NCBI GenBank assembly: GCA_039714075.1
Contig: JBDLKA010000001.1
Span: 121,412 to 185,411 of the forward strand
DNA from: Candidatus Krumholzibacteriota bacterium
GTDB taxonomy: Bacteria; Krumholzibacteriota; Krumholzibacteriia; LZORAL124-64-63
DNA length: 64,000 nt
Reading direction: 5' to 3'
The position numbers and the translations under genes were made by a program. Positions 9,235 through 21,099 of this stretch are shown piece by piece (the first letter of the stretch is position 1; each line of letters opens with the position of its first letter). The notes beneath the pieces were generated by a model. It did not search any database. It saw nothing but the letters and a program-made list of their open reading frames with translations, and was not told the origin of the DNA.

Positions 9235-11141
9235 GAGGCGCTCTGGGCCTGGGAACCGTCGCGGCGTTGTTCGAAAGTCTCCTGGATCCTTCGGGCCAGC
9301 CCGACGCTGTCGAGCCCCATGTCCATCAGCAATTCGCTGCGCGAAGCATGTTCCTGGAAGCTGTCGGCAATGCCGATGTTCAGGACCCGGGGGTGGCCAA
9401 CCACACCCGGCCGCGCCGCCCATTCGAGGACGGCGGCCCCGAACCCCCCGGCCAGGGCGTTCTCCTCCACCGTCACGACCAGGCGGTTGCGCTGCCAGAC
9501 GGATTCCAGCAGGTCTTCGTCCAGGGGTTTGATGAAGCGCATGTCCACCACTTCGGCGGACAGCCCGGCTTTGGCCAGGATCACGGCAGCTTCGCGGGAT
9601 TCCTGAACCATGGAGCCGACGGCCAGGATGCAGAGATCATCACCCTGGGCGAGGGTCTCCGCCTTCCCCACGGGAATCGCGACCGGATCACCTTCCAGGG
9701 AAACGCCGGGCCCCGAACCGCGGGGATAGCGAATCGAAGAGGGACCATCCTCGCGGGCCAGCCCCGTGGCCAGCATGTGACGCAACTGGTCCTCGTCGCG
9801 GGGCGCCATGACGACCATGTTGGGGATCATCCGCAGGAAGGTGTAATCGAAGACCCCGTGATGGGTGGGACCGTCCTCGCCCACCACGCCACCCCTGTCC
9901 ACGGCGAAGACCACCGGCAGGTCCTGCAGGGCGATGTCATGGATGATCTGATCGATGGCCCGCTGCAGGAAGGTGGAATAGATGGCCACCACCGGTTTGT
10001 GTCCCTCGCTGGCCAGGCCGCCGGCAAAAGTGACGGCGTGACCCTCGGCGATGCCCACATCATGGAAACGGCCGGGGCAGCGCTCCTTCATGGCGGTCAA
10101 CCCCGTGCCCGAGGGCATGGCGGCGGTAACACCGTGAATGCGGCGGTCCTCTTCCGCCAACTGCGCCAATGTGTCCCCGAACACCGAGGTGTAGCTGGGC
10201 ACCGAAGGGGGCACGACCTTGATCCCCTCGGACTTGTCGAACTTGCCCACGCCGTGATAGCGCTGGCCGTCTTCCTCGGCGAAACGATACCCCTTGCCCT
10301 TGCTGGTGATGCAATGGATGAGGATGGGGCCCTGCATCTTGCTAACTGCTTTCAGGGTCTTGACCAGCAGGGGCAGATCGTGACCGTCCAGCGGCCCGAA
10401 ATACTTGAACCCCAGTTCCTCGAACAGGATGGTCGGGACAACCAGCTGCTTCAGGCTTTCCTTGATCCGGCCCGCCATCTTCTGGGCCTTGGAACCGTGG
10501 GGAATCTTGCCCAGCAGATCCCAGATGTCGGCCTCCAGGCGCACATAGCTTTTGCCGCTGGTGATCCGGGTCAGGTATTTTGAAATGGCCCCCACGTTGG
10601 GGGAAATGCTCATCTTGTTGTCATTGAGAATGACGATCATGTTGGTCCCGAGCTGACCGGCGTTGTTGAGACCTTCGTAAGCCAGGCCACCCGTCAGCGC
10701 GCCGTCCCCCACCACCGCCACGACCGCGTTGTCCCCGCCGGCGGCATCCCGCGCGGCCGCGAACCCCACTGCGGCGCTGATCGACGTGCTGGCGTGGCCG
10801 ACGCCGAACATGTCGTGGGGACTTTCCGACTGTTTGGGGAATCCGGCCACCCCACCCTTGCTGCGCAGGGTGCCGAATCGATCCCGCCTGCCGGTGAGGA
10901 TCTTGTGGCCGTAGGCCTGATGGCCGACATCCCAGACGATCTTGTCGGTCGGAGTGCTGAAAACCCGGTGCAGGGCCACGGTCAGTTCCACGACACCGAG
11001 ACTGGCGCCCAGATGTCCGCCGGAACGGGAAACCGAAGTGATGATTTCATCGCGCAGCTCGGCGCAAAGCTGGTCCATGGCAGCCAGGGGCAGCTTTTTG
11101 AGATCCTCGGGTCCTTCAATTTTTGGCAGGAGGGGTTCCAT
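9231..11141 (-). CDS. dxs: 1-deoxy-D-xylulose-5-phosphate synthase
   Basis: GGHLGASLG, WDVGHQAYGHK, GDGALTGG...N TPP motif, DVGIAEGHA and DRGG..GEDGPTH. Confidence 0.97.
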   Translation of the reverse strand: MEPLLPKIEGPEDLKKLPLAAMDQLCAELRDEIITSVSRSGGHLGASLGVVELTVALHRVFSTPTDKIVWDVGHQAYGHKILTGRRDRFGTLRSKGGVAGFPKQSESPHDMFGVGHASTSISAAVGFAAARDAAGGDNAVVAVVGDGALTGGLAYEGLNNAGQLGTNMIVILNDNKMSISPNVGAISKYLTRITSGKSYVRLEADIWDLLGKIPHGSKAQKMAGRIKESLKQLVVPTILFEELGFKYFGPLDGHDLPLLVKTLKAVSKMQGPILIHCITSKGKGYRFAEEDGQRYHGVGKFDKSEGIKVVPPSVPSYTSVFGDTLAQLAEEDRRIHGVTAAMPSGTGLTAMKERCPGRFHDVGIAEGHAVTFAGGLASEGHKPVVAIYSTFLQRAIDQIIHDIALQDLPVVFAVDRGGVVGEDGPTHHGVFDYTFLRMIPNMVVMAPRDEDQLRHMLATGLAREDGPSSIRYPRGSGPGVSLEGDPVAIPVGKAETLAQGDDLCILAVGSMVQESREAAVILAKAGLSAEVVDMRFIKPLDEDLLESVWQRNRLVVTVEENALAGGFGAAVLEWAARPGVVGHPRVLNIGIADSFQEHASRSELLMDMGLDSVGLARRIQETFEQRRDGSQAQSAS

Positions 11142-11182
11142 GCCTCGTCCTTTCCCTGCGTATCAACCGATTCCTGAAAAGA

Positions 11183-11638
11183 TTAACCCGGCCCGATCCC
11201 GAACGCCAGAGCGAAAAGACCGCCGAACACCACCCCGAACACCACGTGGGACACCTGATGGGTCCGGGGATCGAGGAATCCGGCCACCCGCTGGTGAAAA
11301 TGCCCCGCGTCCGGTAGCGACGCCACCAGATGGAAAACGGCTGCCCGTTGCCGAGTGGCGGCCACCCGCAACTTGACCGTGTCGTGGATCACGATGACCG
11401 CAAACACCAGGACAAAGGCGGTCTGTCCCGAATTCCAACCCGAGCGAAGGATGACCAACACCAGCAGGCAGGACAGGATGCTGGCCTGCAGGCTGGGCAA
11501 GCCCCGTCCCTGGGCGGCCACAGCCAGGTCGAAATGCCGTTTGGTGACGGAATACACCACTACCTTGAAGACCTGGACCAAAGTGCCACAGGCCACGACC
11601 ACCGCCCAAACCGGCCAATTGACGATTGAATTCAGCAT
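11183..11638 (-). CDS. Divergent PAP2-family (DUF212-like) membrane protein
   Basis: Q.FK, GLPS, IVIHD...R and H..S.V..G pattern; position between ispA and dxs is typical of this family. Confidence 0.7.
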   Translation of the reverse strand: MLNSIVNWPVWAVVVACGTLVQVFKVVVYSVTKRHFDLAVAAQGRGLPSLQASILSCLLVLVILRSGWNSGQTAFVLVFAVIVIHDTVKLRVAATRQRAAVFHLVASLPDAGHFHQRVAGFLDPRTHQVSHVVFGVVFGGLFALAFGIGPG

Positions 11639-11639
11639 A

Positions 11640-12551
11640 CTACCGGTCCCGGTTCCACATCAATCCGGCCAGGGCGCAAAGACGGTCGCCGGCGGCGCCC
11701 GCGGGCAGCGCCTCTTCCAGGTTCCGCAGGCCGCTGCGTCCCAGGCGCAACATTCTTTTCCTCGCGGCCGCCAAGCCTTCCACCCTGACCCAGGTGGCCT
11801 TGCCGGCGGCGACATCCTTGCCGGCGCTTTTCCCCAGTTGGGCCGTCGTCGCGGTCACATCCAGGATGTCGTCCGCCCCCTGGAAGGCCAGTCCGAGATC
11901 CAGCCCCGCCTTTTCAACCCGACCGAGGACCGTCGGCCCGCTTCCCGCGAGAAGCGCGCCACAGGAAAGGGAGGCCGCCAGCAAGCGGGCGGTCTTGTCC
12001 CGGTGGATGCGCCGGACCGAAGCCGCGGTCACCGGGGCGCCCTCGGCATCGAGATCGTTCTGCTGTCCCCCCACCATGCCCGCGGGGCCGACGGACCGTC
12101 CGACCAGGTCCACCAAAGGTCCGGCGAATTTCCCTCCGGAACGGGCCAGCACGCAAAAGGCCAGAGCCTGCAGGCCGTCACCGGCCAGGATGGCGGTCGC
12201 CTCGTCGAAGGCCACATGGCAGGTCGGTCGTCCCCGGCGCAGATCATCGTCGTCCATGGCGGGCAGATCGTCATGAATCAGGGAATAGGTGTGCAGCATT
12301 TCCAGGGCGCAGGCCGCGTCCATGACCGACCCGCGGTCGACCGCCGACTTTTTCCCGCTCCCGGTCAGGGCATCCCATGTCCACAGGGCCAGCACGGGAC
12401 GCAACCGCTTGCCGCCGCCCATCAGACTGTGCCGCATGGCGGCTTTCAACCGCGCGGGGATACCTTTTTCGCCGTTGAGCAGGCACCGCAGGTTATTCTC
12501 CACGGCCTTGCGTTCGGCTGAAAGTTCCCGCCGGAGTTCAGCCGGTTCCAT
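11640..12551 (-). CDS. ispA: Polyprenyl (farnesyl/geranylgeranyl) diphosphate synthase
   Basis: GGKRLRP, SLIHDDLPAMDDDDLRRG, GQQND, KT and FQ..DDILD...GKSAGKD. Confidence 0.93.
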   Translation of the reverse strand: MEPAELRRELSAERKAVENNLRCLLNGEKGIPARLKAAMRHSLMGGGKRLRPVLALWTWDALTGSGKKSAVDRGSVMDAACALEMLHTYSLIHDDLPAMDDDDLRRGRPTCHVAFDEATAILAGDGLQALAFCVLARSGGKFAGPLVDLVGRSVGPAGMVGGQQNDLDAEGAPVTAASVRRIHRDKTARLLAASLSCGALLAGSGPTVLGRVEKAGLDLGLAFQGADDILDVTATTAQLGKSAGKDVAAGKATWVRVEGLAAARKRMLRLGRSGLRNLEEALPAGAAGDRLCALAGLMWNRDR

Positions 12552-13425
12552 CCAGACCCTCTTTCCTGGCCATGGCTTCCCAGGTGTTTTCCAGGAGCAT
12601 GGCGATGGTCATGGGCCCCACCCCGCCCGGAACCGGGGTCAGGGCGGCGGCATGTCCCATCAGGGCGGCGGCGTCCACGTCGCCCACCAGACGGGTGCCC
12701 TTGGGACGATCGGGGGCGTCGATCCTGTTGATCCCCACATCCACGACCACGGCTCCCTTGCCTATCTCGGCTGTCCCCAGAGCCCGCGGAACCCCGATGG
12801 CGGCCACCACCACATCGGCCTCCGACGTCACCGACGCCAGGTCTCGGGTGCCGGAATGGCACATCGTGACCGTCGCGTTGCCGTCATCCCTCTTCAGGGA
12901 CAAAAGCAGGCTCAAGGGGCGCCCGACGATGACGCTGCGACCCACGACCGCGACATTTTTTCCCGCCATGGGGATGTCATAGTGGGCCAACAGGCGCAGG
13001 ATCCCCTTGGGTGTACAGGGAACAAAACGGGGGTGCCCAGCCACCAGACGGCCCAGGTTTTCCGGATGGAAACCGTCGACGTCCTTGGCGGGGTCCACGG
13101 ACATCAAAACCTTTTCCTGGTCCACGGTTCCGGGCAGGGGAAGCTGCACCAGGATCCCGTCGATGGCGGGGTCGGCGTTCAGTTGGGCGATGAGATCGAG
13201 AATCTCCCCTTGGGGCGTTTCCGCAGGCAGGCGGTGCGTCACATGGTGGAAACCGACTTCATCGCAGCCCTTTTCCTTGTGCCGGACATACACGGCCGAA
13301 GCGGGATCCTCTCCCACCAGCACGACGGCCAGACCCGGCTGGCGGGGAGCTGCGGCCACCTTGTCCCTCAGTTCGGCAAACACGGCGTCCCTGACGGGCT
13401 TGCCCTTGAGCAGAATCGTTTCCAC
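12538..13425 (-). CDS. folD: Bifunctional methylene-THF dehydrogenase/cyclohydrolase
   Basis: GILVQLPLP, KDVDGFHP, PCTP, GRSVIVGRP and TPVPGGVGPMT; GTG start after GGGGA. Confidence 0.96.
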   Translation of the reverse strand: METILLKGKPVRDAVFAELRDKVAAAPRQPGLAVVLVGEDPASAVYVRHKEKGCDEVGFHHVTHRLPAETPQGEILDLIAQLNADPAIDGILVQLPLPGTVDQEKVLMSVDPAKDVDGFHPENLGRLVAGHPRFVPCTPKGILRLLAHYDIPMAGKNVAVVGRSVIVGRPLSLLLSLKRDDGNATVTMCHSGTRDLASVTSEADVVVAAIGVPRALGTAEIGKGAVVVDVGINRIDAPDRPKGTRLVGDVDAAALMGHAAALTPVPGGVGPMTIAMLLENTWEAMARKEGLDGTG

Positions 13426-13435
13426 TGTCGTCCCC

Positions 13436-14998
13436 CTATTTGGCGAAGGAAGTCGCCCTGGTTTCGCGGATGACCATGATCTTGATCTGACCCGGATATT
13501 CGAGTTCGCCCTCGATCCGCCGGCTGACCTCCTCGGCCAGCATGGCGGCGTCCGCGTCGGACACCTTGTTGTGATTGACCAGCACCCTGACTTCGCGACC
13601 GGCCTGGATGGCGTAGGACTTTTCGACCCCGTCGAAACTGTCGGCGATCTCCTCCAGGTTTTCCAGCCGCTGGACGTAGGTCTCCACGCTTTCACGCCGG
13701 GCGCCCGGCCGGGACGCGGACACGGCGTCCGCCGCCGAGGTGATGAAGGTGTAGGGCGAGGTCGCCTCCACGTCCTGATGATGCCCGCCAACGGCATTGA
13801 TCACCGTCTCGTTCTCGCCGAACTTCTTGCACAACCGGGCCCCGATGACCGCGTGGGGACCTTCCACCTCGTGGTCGGCGGCCTTGCCGATGTCGTGGAA
13901 AAATCCACACCGGCGGGCCAGACGCTGATCCAGTCCCAACTCCCCGGCGACAACGCCAGCCACCGCGGCGACCTCCGCGGAATGCTTGAGCAGGTTCTGG
14001 CCGTAGCTGGTCCGGTAGTTCAGGCGGCCCACATAATAGTAGAGTTCCGCGTTCACGCTCTGGAGCCCCAGATCCAGGCAGGCCTGCTCCCCGGTCTCCA
14101 GGATCTTTTCGTGCATTTCCCTGCTGGTCTTGGCGACCACTTCCTCGATCCGCCCCGGATGGATGCGCCCGTCGTGGATGAGAATCTCCAGCGCCTGCCG
14201 GGCCACTTCCCGCCGCACGGGATCGAAGCCGGAAACGATGACGGCGCCCGGAGTGTCGTCGATGATCAGGTCCACCCCGGTGGCCAGTTCGAAGGCCCGG
14301 ATGTTCCGGCCCTCGCGGCCGATGATCCGCCCCTTCATTTCGTCGTTGGGCAGGTCGACCACCGAAATGGTCCGCTCGGCCACATGTTCGGAAGCGTAAC
14401 GCTGGATGGCCAGGCTGAGAATCTTGATCGCCTCGCGGCGGGATGAGCGGTCGGTATCCTCCCGCACCTGCTGGATGCTTTTGGCCGCGGCCAGACGGGC
14501 CGCTCCGACCATGTTCTCCATCAGTTGCTGCCTGGCGTGGTCGGCGGACATGCCGGCGACCTGCTCCAGCTTGGTGTTCTGTTCGGCGAGCAGGCCGGAC
14601 AACCTCTGCCGGTCCCGGTCCATTTCCCCCTGCCGGCTTCTCAGGTTCTCGTCCAGCTGATCCAGACGGCTTTCCTTCTGGTCGATGAAGGCGACCTTCT
14701 TGTTGAGGTTGTCCTCCCGGTTGTCCAGGGTCTCCTGGCGCCTCGCGCTTTCGGTGCGGATTCTATCGGTTTCCTGGTCGAAACGGGACCGGGCCTGGTA
14801 GAACTCTTCCTTGGCCTCGAGTTTGGCGGCTTTGAGCAGGTCGGAGGCCTCCTTGCGGGCATCCTCCAGCAACTTCTCCCGCACCTGGCCGGCCTGGCCG
14901 TGAAGTTTTTCATAGCGGATCCTGAACGCGATCCAGCCCAACAGGAAAAAAAGAACCGCGGCGGCAATGACATAGGCATACGCCGGAACCTGCGGCAT
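13436..14998 (-). CDS. rny: Ribonuclease Y
   Basis: N-terminal TM, coiled coil, KH domain (KGRIIGREGRNIR) and HD domain (HDIGK, ADAVSASRPGAR). Confidence 0.97.
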   Translation of the reverse strand: MPQVPAYAYVIAAAVLFFLLGWIAFRIRYEKLHGQAGQVREKLLEDARKEASDLLKAAKLEAKEEFYQARSRFDQETDRIRTESARRQETLDNREDNLNKKVAFIDQKESRLDQLDENLRSRQGEMDRDRQRLSGLLAEQNTKLEQVAGMSADHARQQLMENMVGAARLAAAKSIQQVREDTDRSSRREAIKILSLAIQRYASEHVAERTISVVDLPNDEMKGRIIGREGRNIRAFELATGVDLIIDDTPGAVIVSGFDPVRREVARQALEILIHDGRIHPGRIEEVVAKTSREMHEKILETGEQACLDLGLQSVNAELYYYVGRLNYRTSYGQNLLKHSAEVAAVAGVVAGELGLDQRLARRCGFFHDIGKAADHEVEGPHAVIGARLCKKFGENETVINAVGGHHQDVEATSPYTFITSAADAVSASRPGARRESVETYVQRLENLEEIADSFDGVEKSYAIQAGREVRVLVNHNKVSDADAAMLAEEVSRRIEGELEYPGQIKIMVIRETRATSFAK

Positions 14999-15068
14999 GG
15001 TCACTCCTTCCCGGGTTATGGAGCTGTCAGGAAGAAAACGGAGGCGTTGATCCGAAGCCGGTGGTCGA

Positions 15069-15236
15069 CCCCGCCCGGTCGTGTGAGCCGGAAGCAACTG
15101 AACCGTGTTGCTCCAGGTGGGTCACCTGTTCCGGCATTCAATCTTCCCGTTAGGGCATGATATCGGGCCGAAAACTCCGGTAACCCCTTAACGAAGTGTT
15201 GGCTCACTTGTACGACACATCACGTGCCGGGCAGGG
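15069..15236 (-). ncRNA. ssrS: 6S RNA
   Basis: Lies between zapA and rny, the canonical synteny. Closing helices CCCUGCCCGG/CCGGGCGGGG, GUCGU/ACGAC and GUGAGCC/GGCUCAC; internal CCCACCUG and GGUUCA. Ends approximate. Confidence 0.85.
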
Positions 15237-15549
15237 AATCACCACCATTTCGAGCGGTGCGGTCTTCCCCGACTTCCTTGATCAGCAGCCGGGTCAGGTG
15301 GGTTGTTCTATCTTCGAGCGAGGCCGTGGTTTCCATGCGTTTCTGTTGTTCTCGCAACAACTCGTCGGCGATATTGACGGCTGCCAGAATGGCAACCCGG
15401 TCGGTGGAAACAACGGCGGCACCTTTGGCGACCTCGTTCATTCGTTTATCAACGAAAGCCGCAACTTCTTGAACATACTCGGCATCGTCGCCACCCTTGA
15501 GGGTGTACTCCTTGCCGAAGATTGTGACTGTCACGCTCTCAGGTTCCAA
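15220..15549 (-). CDS. zapA: Cell division protein ZapA
   Basis: VTVTIFGKEYTL...VAAFVDKRM...AILAAVNIADEL; TTG start inferred. Confidence 0.9.
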   Translation of the reverse strand: MEPESVTVTIFGKEYTLKGGDDAEYVQEVAAFVDKRMNEVAKGAAVVSTDRVAILAAVNIADELLREQQKRMETTASLEDRTTHLTRLLIKEVGEDRTARNGGDSLPGT

Positions 15550-15599
15550 CTCGGACCGCTTCCCGCTAAAAGCCGGCTTCAGCCCCGGCAGACCATCGG

Positions 15600-15869
15600 T
15601 TAACCGATGGCCTCCAGTTTCTGAAGCAGATCTCCGACCTTGTCCTCGATTTCCTTCCTCTTCTGCTCGTAAACCTCGACGTTCTCCGCCTGCTGGCGGG
15701 AATCGCCGAGTTCGTGATTCAATCGGTTGTTCGCATCCTCGAGTTCGGTATTGATGGCTTCCAGCTCGTCGCAGCGACCGCTGAGACGGGTGTTTTCCGC
15801 CCTCAAGTCCTTGATCAGCGCCACGGCCTCCAGGACCTTGGCCTCGAGGATGTTGAGATTGCTGTCCAT
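15600..15869 (-). CDS. Coiled-coil cell division protein, ZapB-like
   Basis: All-coiled-coil 89-aa protein between pheT and zapA. Confidence 0.75.
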   Translation of the reverse strand: MDSNLNILEAKVLEAVALIKDLRAENTRLSGRCDELEAINTELEDANNRLNHELGDSRQQAENVEVYEQKRKEIEDKVGDLLQKLEAIG

Positions 15870-15951
15870 TGAGGTGTCCGCTCTCTTCCTTGATCCCGGT
15901 CATCCTGAAACATCTTGAATGGGGACCGATCCGGATATGTATGCCCGGAAA

Positions 15952-18410
<2,459 letters not shown>

Positions 18411-18414
<4 letters not shown>

Positions 18415-19436
18415 AACACACCTCGGAATTGGTTCAGGAAACGCAGATCGTTTTCATAGAGCAGCCGGATGTCGCCGATCCCGTATTTCAACATGGCGAT
18501 CCGGTCGATACCCATGCCGAAGGCGAATCCGGTGTAGACATCATCGGGGTATCCGGCGGCCTTGAAGACGTTCGGGTGCACCATGCCCGCCCCCATGATC
18601 TCCAGCCAGCCCGTCTGCCCGCACACCCCGCAGCCGGAGCCGCGGCAGGCCACGCACTGCATGTCAACTTCGACCGACGGCTCGGTGAAGGGGAAGTAGT
18701 GGGGACGGAAGCGGGTGGGTTCCTCGGCACCGAAGAAGTTGCGGACGAAGGTGTCGACCGTGTCCTTCAGGTCCGCCATGCTGACGGCCTTGTCCACCAC
18801 CAGTCCTTCGATCTGGTAGAACTCAGAACTGTGGGAAGCGTCGGCATTTTCGTTGCGGTAGACGCGGCCGGGAAAAATGCAGGCCAGGGGCGGTTCGTTC
18901 CGCTCCATGGTCCGGACCTGGACCGGAGAAGTCTGCGTGCGCAGACAGATCTTGGGATCGATGTAGAAGGTGTCCTGGATATCCCGGGCCGGATGATCGT
19001 CGGGAAAATTCAGGGCCGTGAAATTGTAGTAGTCCAACTCCACTTCCGGGCCGTCGTCCCGCGTGAATCCCATCCCGTAGAAGATGTCGCAGATGGATTC
19101 CAGCACCGACAAAAGGGGATGGTTCGTCCCCCCGGATGTCGGCGGAACACCCGGCAGGGTCAGGTCGCCCACCATGGCCGTCGCGAATCCGCCGCCGCCG
19201 ATTTCGCCCAGCCGGCTGTCCAGCAGGGCGGTCAGGTCCACCTTCAGGAGGTTCAGTTCGGCGCCCATCGCGGGCCGGTCCGCGGGATCCACATCCTTCA
19301 GGCCGCGCAGCAGGGAGGTTATCTCCCCCTTGCGGCCCAGCAAAGCCACCCGGATGGTTTCGATATCGGACTCGGTTTCAGCGGCCTTGATCCGCTCGAG
19401 GCCTTCGGACCTGAGTCGGTCGATGGTCTCCTTCAT
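18411..19436 (-). CDS. pheS: Phenylalanine--tRNA ligase alpha subunit
   Basis: HPARDIQDTFY, LRTQTSPVQ, FRPHYFPFTEPS and GFAFGMGIDR. Confidence 0.97.
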
Positions 19437-19531
19437 GTCAGGATCCCCTCTGCCGGGAGGTCCCGGCATGGTGGTTGAACCAGGATGCACATTTCCGCCC
19501 CTCGGAGCACGGGCCCCGCAACCCTATCGGA

Positions 19532-19885
19532 TCAAAGAGCGCCCTTGGCGGCCTCGGCCAACTTGTTGAAAGCGGGGGCATCGTGGACAGCCAGGTCAGC
19601 CAGCATCTTCCGATCGATATCGATCTCGGCCTTCTTCAAGCCGTTGATGAAATGGCTGTAGCTCAGGCCGTTCAACCGGGCGGCCGCGTTGATGCGGGTG
19701 ATCCACAACCGGCGAAAATCGCGCTTCTTGTTGCGGCGATCCCGGTAGGCGTAGGCCAGGGCGCGGTCCACGGTTTCCCGGGCGGCGATGTACTGGTTGC
19801 TTTTGCCGCCGACAAAACCCTTGGCCCTCTTCAGATACTTCTTCCGGCGCGCCTTGGCGGCAGGATTGTTTGTTGCTCTTGGCAT
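19532..19885 (-). CDS. rplT: 50S ribosomal protein L20
   Basis: [25 protein letters not shown] and DRKMLADLA. Confidence 0.98.
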   Translation of the reverse strand: MPRATNNPAAKARRKKYLKRAKGFVGGKSNQYIAARETVDRALAYAYRDRRNKKRDFRRLWITRINAAARLNGLSYSHFINGLKKAEIDIDRKMLADLAVHDAPAFNKLAEAAKGAL

Positions 19886-19986
19886 TTCATTGCCTCCTCT
19901 ATCTCGGCCCCGTCAGGATGTTTCAGGAAATCGTTTCAGGAATTCCCAGGGACCGGACCACTTGGTTTCAGGTTATTTTCCCAGCC

Positions 19987-20184
19987 CTATTTGCCCAGCA
20001 TCTTGCGGGCCCGGGCTTCGTCACTGGGGGCCAGCAGGCCGCCCTTGCGCAGATTCCGCAGCCGCTTGGGGCTTTTGGCGGTGAAGAGGTGGCCGTGGAA
20101 GGCCTTGCTTCTCTTGATCCGTCCGCTGCCGGTAAGCTTGAAACGCTTGGCGGCCGCACGGTTGGTTTTCATCTTGTTGCCCAT
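19987..20184 (-). CDS. rpmI: 50S ribosomal protein L35
   Basis: [18 protein letters not shown]; lies between infC and rplT. Confidence 0.97.
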   Translation of the reverse strand: MGNKMKTNRAAAKRFKLTGSGRIKRSKAFHGHLFTAKSPKRLRNLRKGGLLAPSDEARARKMLGK

Positions 20185-20324
20185 GGTTTTGCCTCTCTAT
20201 TCCTCACTGATTCCTGACTTGATTCATGAACGCACTGAATGGATCGACCCACGCTTCCGCAGGAAGCGAAGGGGATCATTCCGGCCGCCCGCCGACCGAT
20301 CTTCTGGATCCGGTCCGGCTTCTA

Positions 20325-20846
20325 CTAGCGGGCTTTTTTCGGAGCGATGACGAACGTGATCAACCGGCCTTCCCTCTTGGGCAGGGATTCCGGAGTCCCG
20401 AACTCTTCCACCTCGCCGATGAGGTGTTTCAGGAACTCCATGGCCAGGTCCAGGTGGGAAATTTCCCGCCCCCGGAACCGCATGACCACCTTCACCTTGT
20501 GTCCCGCTTCAAGAAAAGTGACGATGTGCTTTTTCTTGAACTCGTAATCGTGATCGTCGGTCTTGGGCCGGAACTGGATCGTCTTGACCTTGACCGTGTG
20601 GGACGCCTGCTTGGCCTTCTTGGCCTTCTTGGCCTGTTCATACTTGAACTTGCCGTAATCCATGATCTTGCATACCGGCGGACGGGCGGTCGGCGCCACC
20701 TCCACCAGGTCGAGTCCCCTGTCCTCGGCGATCGCGATCGCCTCGTTGGTCTCGAGAACACCCAGCTGTTCTCCGTCTTCATCGACGACCATGACCCGGG
20801 GAATCCTGATCATCCGGTTGACCCTGGTCAACTTGCTGTCCTTGAT
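20325..20846 (-). CDS. infC: Translation initiation factor IF-3 (non-canonical ATC start)
   Basis: LDLVEVAP..PPVCKIMDYGKFKYE and KVKVVMRFRGRE; GGAGGT lies 7 nt before an in-frame ATC at 20846. Confidence 0.95.
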   Translation of the reverse strand: MKDSKLTRVNRMIRIPRVMVVDEDGEQLGVLETNEAIAIAEDRGLDLVEVAPTARPPVCKIMDYGKFKYEQAKKAKKAKQASHTVKVKTIQFRPKTDDHDYEFKKKHIVTFLEAGHKVKVVMRFRGREISHLDLAMEFLKHLIGEVEEFGTPESLPKREGRLITFVIAPKKAR

Positions 20847-20921
20847 AGTCTCTACCTCCCTTTTGGGATGAATAAATCCCGAAGCCGTATCCGCCCGCCC
20901 TGCATAAAAACCGTCAGGCAC

Positions 20922-21047
20922 AAAAAAAGCGGACACATTGGTCCGCCACAGGCCTTTCCAGGCACCGGGTGTATAACCGCTCCGTCCTCTGCAAGTCCAG
21001 CGGGACTTTCAGGGCCAGCTACGGTGAGAGGGCGGACCTCTTCTTGG
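20922..21047 (-). promoter_or_regulatory. L20-leader-like attenuator upstream of infC-rpmI-rplT
   Basis: Terminator GCGGAC-CAAUGU-GUCCGC followed by U7 (20922-20946). Upstream GGUCCGCC (21031-21038) is complementary to the terminator 5' arm GGCGGACC. AGAAG...CUCUCACC context resembles the L20 leader. Confidence 0.75.
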
Positions 21048-21099
21048 ATTCGCTGCAGGGGATTACCCAGCCCCTGCCGCGTTGGAATAGCTGTATATA

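Noticed and set aside
12538..13797. Long N-terminal extensions in the ORF track (folD, nadK, zapA, sucC, hldA)
   Set aside because: They overlap upstream genes or intergenic DNA; downstream starts with SD sequences give normal lengths and there is no evidence of frameshift fusion
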